Part shown: positions 55,801 through 64,000 of the stretch, piece by piece | How positions within the stretch are numbered: position 1 is the first letter of the stretch | Layout: the number at the start of each line of letters is the position of its first letter | Source of the DNA: Salpingoeca rosetta | Lineage: Eukaryota; Protista; Choanoflagellata | Assembly (NCBI GenBank): GCA_033442325.1 | Contig: JAWQFM010000002.1 | Span: forward strand, 1,901,451 to 1,965,450 | Direction of reading: 5' to 3' | Length of the DNA stretch: 64,000 bases | Made by a program: the position numbers and the translations under genes | The notes under the pieces: model-generated | What the model was told of the DNA's origin: nothing | The model's input: the letters and a program-made list of their open reading frames with translations, nothing else | The model's database searches: none

Positions 55801-57122
55801 CCGCAAGGAGTACGCGCAGGACAACCCCGTGCTGGTGCTGGCGCCCTGGGACGGCCCGCTGGCGACGCTGGGCCACGAGCTCGAGTACGACTACACCAAC
55901 GAGACGGATGCGCGCAACCGAGGCCGCGTCGTGTACCGCAACGTCGCCGGCGTGGCCACGAGCATCGTCACGGGGTACATGAACCTGCTCGAATTTGACG
56001 CCGCGGGCGTCCTGCAGGTGCCGACCGAGCGCCCCAAGACGCGGGTGGAGCTTGCCCTGGCGACGCTTCCGGCGCGGCTGCACGACCCCGTGCTGCGCAC
56101 GTGCTCCTTTCACGACCCGTCGCCGCAGGAGTGGCCGCTGAGCAGCAAGGCGTACCTGCGCTGGTCCGCGCTGGCCGGGGCAGGCGCACAGACGTTTGAT
56201 CTGAACACGTTCCGCCCCGTGTGGGAGCTGCTGGCGCAGTACAACATGTACTGGAACGACCCGAAGCAGCCCTCCGTGAAGAAGGTGGCGTTCCCGGCCA
56301 CCCACCGCACGGGGGCAGCCATCCTGTCTGCGCTGTACTTTAGGTACGCCGCGCGCCACCACCTGCGCGTGCGGCACGTGGGCAGCTGGCCGTTCAACCC
56401 GCCGGAAGAGCTCAACGCTGAGGCGCTGCAGAAGCAGGGGGAGGTGGGCACCTACGACATGTCTATGAGCCAGATCTCGGCCAAGGGCATGTGGCACTCG
56501 GACTTTGACACGGCAGTGTCGTACTACAACACGCTGCTGGGGAGTGACTACAAGCTGACCATCATGTTTGAGGAGCCGAGCCAGCACTACATCAACTGGC
56601 TGTACTTCTTCATCATTCCCAAGGCGCAAAAGAAACCGCCGTCGCAGGTGCTGGACGAGTTTCTGTCACACCGCTTCAACCGCAACTTGCAGATGCAGGA
56701 GCTCTCCGTGCGCACCAACGCGCAGTTTGAGGAGTTTGTGACGCGCCACCTGTCCCGGTTTGATTTGATTCTGTTGCGGGAGCGGCTTGATGAGTGCCTG
56801 GTGCTGATGCGGCGCATGTTCAACTGGAGCCTGTTGGACATCACGTATCTCAAGCCCGTGGAGACAGGCCGCCGCTTTGATGGCAAGATGATGAAGGCCG
56901 CCCCTCGGGCGCGTGGGCTTGAGCCCAAGGTGCGCGATGCAATCAAGAACCTGCTGCCGCTTGACTACCGCATGTGGGAGCTGGCAAACAAGCGATTGGA
57001 TGATCTCATTGCCCAGCAGCCGCCCGACTTTCAGGATGAGGTCTGTCCATTTGCCACTCTGCTTGTTTTCCAATTGGGTTTTGTGCGTGTAAGCAGGGGA
57101 ACTGTGGGGTGAATGGTTCTGC

Positions 57123-57209
<87 letters not shown>

Positions 57210-57603
57210 CGTGATGAGTGACACGTCGCATGCTCGCATGCGCGTTCGCACTTGCGTGTGCGTGTGCACGCCGTGCGTCACGCGGCCTATCGCTCATCTG
57301 CGTTCACATCACGTTGTCACGCCATCACCACCATTGCTTGTGCTTCTGCTTGCCTTCAACACGCGTGCTCATCACGACAACACCCACTTTGGCTTGCATT
57401 CCATGCTCGACTTGGCCAATGTTGCGCAACTGGTACACTGCAAACCACAGGTCATTGCCTTTCAGAAAGTGCAATCGGCGCTTGCGGAAGTGTGCAAGGC
57501 GCACCCTGACCACGCCGTGTGTCGCTGGTATGCCCTGAGCGAGTACGACATCATTGGCATGATTGGACCGACGGGCTTCACCAAAGCCATTCCTTTGCTG
57601 TAG
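52808..57603 (+). CDS. Type II membrane multidomain glyco-enzyme: GT31 (Fringe/core-1 galactosyltransferase-like) + GT-A-like + Gal-3-O-sulfotransferase-like (3 exons)
   Basis: N-terminal TM (LWLVLAVSLVINAYFFVL), Q/E coiled-coil and D-rich stem. GT31 motifs YDWFVKADDDTYINMDRL, FCHGGAGYVLSRELL and ED. Middle LVRSLRAVG...VDTFFQRNPF. C-terminal THRTG...RYAARHHL and FDLILLRERLDECLVLMRRMFNWSLLDITYLK. Introns 54059-54364 and 57041-57450. Confidence 0.85.
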
Positions 57604-58119
57604 CTCGTAGGAGGTGGTGGTGGTTAAGGACGATGATGACGATGGTGATGATGATGATGATGACTGGAGAAAAGCATGATCCCAGCCAATGCAGACGATG
57701 ACGACGACAACAGCAGCAACAGCAACAGCAGCAACAATGCTCGATTTTTCTCGACCAATACCTTTTGTTAGCTTGCCGTTACTTGACTCTCTTGCTTTTC
57801 ATTGATGTGTGTCTGTTGATGTTGGTTGTTGCGCAGTGTGGAGTGAGCGAACGCACGCATGAACTGACCAAACGAACAACACACGGAATACGACACACAA
57901 CACACACACACCATCACACACACACACACCATCAATCACATCCCCACACACACACACACACACACACCATCACACACACACACACACCATCACACACACA
58001 CACTCACACACACTCACACACACACACACACACACTCACACACACACTTACACACTGGCCTACATTGAGGCGCATGTACTTTTTAAAGGCCTTTACTTCA
58101 TCAAGACGACGACGGCGAT

Positions 58120-60875
58120 ATGGAAGCGTTGTATCAGGTGATGCTGGGCTGCGTGCAGGCAGCGACCACCCAATCCACGGCAGCGGTAACAACAACCGTT
58201 CAGCAACACAGCCAACAAGGAGAGAGCCAAGGTGCTGTTGACAATGCCTCAGGACTAGGGCTCTCGTACACGCAGTGGCTCAAGGACGCAAGGACGGCGT
58301 GGCAGCGACAAACAGTGAGCAGTGGATCACCAGCCGATGACACCAATCGCCTCCTTGACTGGTTGGACGAGGTCGTGCACTTGGCTTACGCCCGCCTGCG
58401 CAGTACAACGCCGCCCCAAGAAGGCTGGGCGCACGCCAGCGCAATCTTGCAAGGCCAGCAAGCACCCACAGCACCAGCAGTGCGGCCGCTTGGCGGTCGA
58501 CAACAGAAAGCAACCGTTCGCACTCGCACCGCTGTGCTCGCCATGATCACGCTGTTTGAGGAGGACGCTGCACTGGCCACTGTCATCGCCTTCGTGCAAC
58601 ATGCCCTGTCAACAACTCGCCAGCTGCCAACTGGCCAGTGGCCAGCCATATGGAAGAGACTGCCCTCCATCACCCAGCGCGTTCTGTGCGTCTGCGCCAG
58701 CGAGGCCGTGCTGGACCTCATCTGCGCCAACCCAGCCGACTGGGGTAACCACGCGCCCACAATCTTCAAGAGCGTTGCATCTTACCAAAGCCTCTCCAGC
58801 CCACCACTTGTTCGGGCGCTGGCCCGCTTGGTAACACTCCCCCACGACAGTCCAACCCACCATAGACCACTCCCGGCCACTTCTGTCTCATCCTCAGCCA
58901 GCAGCCGCCACTACACCAGCAACCGGAGTGCCACCGCCATAGCTGGCCACCTTATGATGCACGGTGGCCATGTGCTTGTGCTCACAGGTCTGCAGTCTGC
59001 GTTTCCAAACGATGTTAAGCGCGCTGCCGCCGTCTTGGGTGACATCCTCTCACAGGTTCACCTTCCTGCAGCAGGGCTCGTCCTCGGCGACGGCAGCTGG
59101 AACTTTGCAGCCGGCAACGCTTGTGACTGGGGCATGCTGCTGCACACCCTCTTCAAGCTGCTTCAGCTCCCGCCGCCGGGGCAAGCAGAGGATGTTAGCC
59201 GCATCCCAACGTCCACCGCCACGCCAAGCCCTTCTTTGTCGTCTTCCTTGTTGATGCCAATGGTTGCGCCAGCACTGGAGGCACTGGCCAGCACCATCAT
59301 CTCAAGCTCCACGGGCCACGCCAGCAACGACGATGACGACAATGCCGATCACCAGTACCACCACCATCACCACCACGTGCACTACCATACTATCCTGCAC
59401 CGAGACGGCCGCTGGGTGTCCACCGCGCCGGCAACATGGCCGTGGTATCGCCTGCTGCTTGGGGACTGGCTTGCTGTCGAGGCGCAACGGGTGCTGGGCC
59501 CAACAGACCCTTCGATCATGGAGCCCGAGAGCGCCGCCGCTCCAGCCGCATCGACAGCACCGCCAGCACGAACTGCAGCCGATGCAGCGCAGGCCTCATC
59601 GACCGCGTGCCATCACCTGCAAGACCTGATTGTGTGCATGGCAGTTGCGTGCCATCATGTCGACGTGGACGCATGCAAGGCAGCCATGCAGTCTGCGTTG
59701 AGTCCGCAATCCAAACACACTTTTGCGTTTTCCGTGAAAGCGCTGGTCGGGCTCTTGGCTCGCATCTTTCAGCACAGCCCTGCTCGCGGTTCGGAGCTCG
59801 CCGTCGGCGTTCTCGGTAACATGTTGGAGTCACCCCGCGACATCCCAGCCGCCCTCACACTTGCCAACACGCTGTGGAACATGAGCGCATTTTTCCACAT
59901 CCCACGCCACCACTCCTCTGGCACGGAATGTCGACGGCCGCTTCATGCCCTATTGGCAGAGGTTGTGTCGCATCATGCGGCTCTTCCCAGTGCGCCCGCT
60001 TCGATCCAGCCCCAGGCACAACAGCACCACGGGCACGGGCATGGGCATGGGCAGTGCCAACGTGCCCTTGCCATCAGCTGGGCCATGCTGTGGGGCATGG
60101 AGGTGGAGCGCAACACTGAACCCACACCTTGTGCCGTACATCCGGCACCGCAGATTCTCTCCAGCTTGGAAACCGCCATCATCGCCAACCAGCATGTCGT
60201 CACGTCAGAGGTCTGCAGCCTTGACATTGATCGCTCCTTCATGGTTTCATCTGCGAATGGCTGCTTGCTCGCTTGTCACGGTCTGTCTCATGCAGTGTTT
60301 TGACCAATCTTAACGTATCACACGTCGCCTTGCCTGAATCGCTTGCAGGATCTTGCATCCATGCACGGTGTGTACGCGGCCATGTTGAAGTACCATAGCA
60401 CTGCAGCGGCTGCGTCCTTCCTCCGCATTGTCGTGGGCACGTGTTCAACACCAAGTCACCGTCACAGGCACGCCTCTTACTCCGCTCAGGTAACAAACAC
60501 AATGATGCGTGAGTGCGCTGTGTGTGTGTGTGTGTGTGTGCGTGTGCGTGTGCGTGCTGTGTATATTTGTCTGCCTATGTGTCTGTGTTTGTGCCTGTAC
60601 AGGCTTGTGCGTTGTGGCATCCCTGTTGCTACCGTTCCTCGGCTACCGCTTTGCTGCGGGTTCCTTGCTTGCGGGCTCCGTGTAGCTTGCAGTATGTGCA
60701 GACCTGTTGCCGCCACCTAAACACACGTGCACGCATACCATTTTGACAGAGTCAAGCAAGCAACTTGTTCGAAGCCGTGACCAACACAAGCAAAGGTTTC
60801 GCGAGTCTGTCGTCGACCCTCGTCTTGCTGCTGCGATGTTGTCGCGCACATCTTCATGCCCTCACTCTGGATCAT

Positions 60876-60952
<77 letters not shown>

Positions 60953-61502
60953 CACACGTTTGCCATTGTCTTTCAGGGCGATCCTTTCGGCACATGAAGC
61001 ACGGGCGCCACAGACGTGATGTTCGGTGGGGTTTCCTTATTTTCATATCGCCCACCAGTGTAACTGCGCCCGGCTTGGCCTGATCATTCTACATGGCTTG
61101 TCTCACCATGGTGTACCACATGTCCTGCTCAACAGGGAAGCTACAGGGAATTTCATCGACAGGAAAAGAGTGCGTGTGGGTTCGATCAGCCTGCGATGTG
61201 GCGCGTTGCCCCGGCGCTGCAGTTTGTGCCCGTTCATGTTTGTGTGCTGGTGCATTCTGAGTGAGCTTGTGTTTGGGCTTGCGCGAATATGTGCCGACCA
61301 AGGTCCCCCCTGTGCATGGGTCGTTCGTGCCATCCTTTGCCCATTTTATATTCGTGGTGCCCGTGCTCCTCTTGTTGCAGTGGGAAGGCTGGGCAACAAG
61401 TGTTGCAAGCGGGATGGCGGACACACGTGCTCGGACGGCACTGGTATGGCCTGTGGCTTCTTTGTGTGCGCGCGCGTGTGTGCCTCTGTGTCTGTGTCTG
61501 TC

Positions 61503-61572
<70 letters not shown>

Positions 61573-63121
61573 AGTGTCTGTCTGTGTGCGAGTGTGTGTC
61601 TGTGTGCGAGTGTGAGCATGTGTGTATGTCTGTGTATGTCTGTCTGTCTGTGTCTGTGTTTCATGCAGTGCTTTTCCAGAATACTTGTTCGCTAATGCCC
61701 AGAGTCGAGCTCCACGTTTGTGCCCTGCCTCTCACGCCGCCGTGCCTACTGCAACATGCTTCTTGTCTCACCTGCAACAGCTTCTGGCACTTCGTGACCT
61801 CATGCAAGTTCCAGCCCCGGTGGAGCCAGCAGAAGTACCGCTTGACTGCCTCACGTTAGTCGTTGTGCCTGTCTGTGCTCCAACTGGCAATCGCTGACAT
61901 GCGTTGGGAGCTCTTGCGTGCGTATCGGCCTCACGTGTGACCTTCGGTCCCCCTCACTCCCGCTCGTGCTCGCACATTCAACCATTCATGTCCCTGGCCT
62001 TCTGCTCCAAATCACAGACCACCCACGCTTGACCCCTTTGATCGAGAAGTGGACTCCTTGATGAAGGAGTGTCCCGTTCTTCTTCATCTGTTGGTGGCAG
62101 CCGTGAAGGTGATTGATTGGCCGACCTCCTCGTGGAATTTTGAGAGGCGTGGTTGAAGTCGTAGAAGATGCACTTGACACACGAGGCGTCTGTGATTGCG
62201 TCATTGGGCATAGCATAGATGCCACATCAAACAGCAGATCCTAGAAGCGTTGCACGGAGAGGCTATTTTCGTGGCGTCATGTTTCGTCCTGCTCGCTCAG
62301 CGTGTTTCTCACATATCTCTCTCGCCATGCACTGGATTGATTTGGTTCATTGCGCAGGTACCTGATGAGTATGCCATTGCTGCGCCGTTGGTAGCAAGTC
62401 TGCTGCGAGCTCAGCACGCTGAATGTGTCCGCTTGCAGAAGGTACGACGTGACTGCTGTTTATATTGTATTGTATGTATGTGTGTATGTATGTATGTATG
62501 TATGTATGTATGTATGTATGTATGTATGTATGCATGCATGTATGTATGTATGTATGTATGTATGTATGTATGTATGTATGTATGTATGTATGTATGCATG
62601 TATGTATGTATGCCGCCGCCATTCTACTGTCCCTGATCACCTTCCTTCATGCGCACATATTCATCGTCATGGATGCAATCTCAGATCCACAAGTCCCTCG
62701 ATCCTCGCGTGTTTCAAGTATTGGACGTTATTTTCTCGATGCTCAGGTACTTTCCGCCGCATACATGGTGGCCGTGCATCTCCTGCTAGATAGAAGGATC
62801 AATGACCTGCCCCGCACTCTTCTGTCGTCCATGTCGTCACACCACACACCCCCCCCCCGGTTTGTCATACCCCATCCCAGGTTGAGTGGACGCTTGGGCG
62901 AAGACATGGAAAAGATGTCCGTGGTCTGGCGCAGATTTCCGGTGAAACACTTGGCAAACATCTTGGCGGTCTTGTACGCAAGGCTATTTTCAGCAAAGCA
63001 ACCACGAGCGACAGATGAGACAGCTGTCCTGTTGAAACCATTTGTGACCCAACTTGATCGTCTTGGTGTATTTGTTCCCGAATTGTTCAGTCAAGACGAC
63101 CGCGCCATGCAGCTTGATTGA
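58120..63121 (+). CDS. Large uncharacterised, Leu/Ala-rich, probably alpha-helical protein (multi-exon; internal exons partly uncertain)
   Basis: About 2.1-kb first exon (727-aa ORF) followed by GT-AG-bounded exons (DLASMHGVY..., [11 protein letters not shown]..., [37 protein letters not shown]..., VLSAAYMV...AMQLD*). No family motif confidently recognised. Confidence 0.65.
62472..62612. repeat. (TATG)n microsatellite in the last intron of the uncharacterised gene
   Basis: Directly visible. Confidence 0.92.
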
Positions 63122-63680
63122 GAATTAAACACACGCGTGTCATTGCACTGCACACGACTCGAGGACTTGATGATGAACAGGGGCGAGCAGTGCATGTGAA
63201 ACAGTGTTTGCTTACGAAGCAGAGAGCACGAGGAGCATGAACTAAGACACCACACGCTGCGAACAAAACCTTCTCAAACACCACAGAGCAAACAGACATA
63301 TGTAGCTAGCTGCAAACGCTACGGATGGTGAACATGCTCACGCAATGTAACGTGGAAAGTAGTCTTAACTGTGCAAACAAGCTATGAAGGCTTGCAGGCA
63401 AGCATACACAACAGACAACACTTCACAACACTGCATGGCACGCACACATGGCATTTGCCAAGCATGACGGGCATGCACACACACATGGCACACAACTCAC
63501 GTGTGCAGGGGAAGGAGGAGGAGAGGAGAGGCAGTTGGCACACATGCATGCCAGCAGAGAGAAAGGAATGTTTGTCAACGGAAAAACCACAAAGCAGGTG
63601 TTGTTGGCAAACAAGACAAAACCACATGAGAAGGCAAATTAGGAAGGACTCAACACAAAACAGAAACTCACTGACTCTCA
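63119..63680 (-). mobile_element. Putative 3' LTR of the copia element (about 560 bp; distal boundary tentative)
   Basis: Starts with TG right after the PPT. The candidate ends form a TGAGA...TCTCA inverted repeat, and there are internal short repeats (cacatggca). Confidence 0.5.
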
Positions 63681-64000
63681 ACTCTCCCCCTCAACTGCCT
63701 TCCTCTGCTCCGTCTCAGCCGTCGCTGTTCCCACCAGTCGTGGAAGGTGCTGCTCGAAGGTCTGCTTGTCCAGTGCCTTGGTCAGCGCGTCGGCAACCAT
63801 CCGTGTGCCGGGACAGTGCTGCAGCACAATGGTTCCGTCGGCGATGAGCTCCCGCACGAAGTGGTGGCGTACCCGGATGTGCTTCGTGCGCGGCTTGGTG
63901 ACGTGGTCGTTGCCGATGGCGATGGCCGCCTGGTTATCTGTCAGCATCTTGGTGGCTCCAGCCTCGGGCTCGTCGAGGTCCATGAGCAGCTGCCGCAGGA
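63678..64000 (-). mobile_element. Ty1/copia LTR retrotransposon pol, C-terminal RNase H domain (continues beyond the window)
   Basis: TDNQAAIAIG..., RTKHIRVRHHFVRE and PGTRMVADALTKAL are diagnostic copia RNase H motifs; the frame is intact. Confidence 0.95.
63682..63692 (-). promoter_or_regulatory. Polypurine tract (plus-strand primer) of the copia element
   Basis: The minus strand reads GAGGGGGAGAG at the end of pol, one base before TGAGAGTCAG. Confidence 0.8.

Noticed and set aside
53006-56629. Long minus-strand ORFs (748 aa and 449 aa)
   Set aside because: Antisense shadows of the glyco-enzyme's biased codon usage.

Overview
Compact, intron-rich, GC-rich eukaryotic DNA with microsatellite-packed introns. 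The gene set and (CA)n/(GT)n-laden introns suggest a choanoflagellate such as Salpingoeca rosetta (inference). Reading exons by hand across GT-AG junctions gives, in order: the 3' end of an unknown gene, XPA (-), a PIN-like/PILS transporter (+), exocyst Sec8/EXOC4 (-), a single-exon PPR protein (+), cytochrome c1 (-), adenylosuccinate synthetase (+), PPC decarboxylase (+), an I-BAR/IMD protein (+), kinesin-2 KIF17/OSM-3 (-), a large RasGEF (+), glucosidase I/MOGS (-), a three-domain glycosyltransferase/sulfotransferase-like membrane protein (+), a large uncharacterised gene (+) and the 3' end of a Ty1/copia retrotransposon (-). There are three N gaps. The most notable observations are: (1) a GT31 + degenerate GT-A + degenerate Gal-3-O-sulfotransferase fusion lying head-to-head with MOGS; (2) polarised (GT)n...(CA)n introns that could fold to bring splice sites together; (3) a four-repeat beta-rich insert in the KIF17 stalk; (4) a RasGEF with EF-hand, cNMP-like and PDZ-ligand features; (5) a copia LTR whose ends may supply two stop codons; (6) a conserved block missing from ADSS. 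Exon boundaries were derived manually and no database searches were run.
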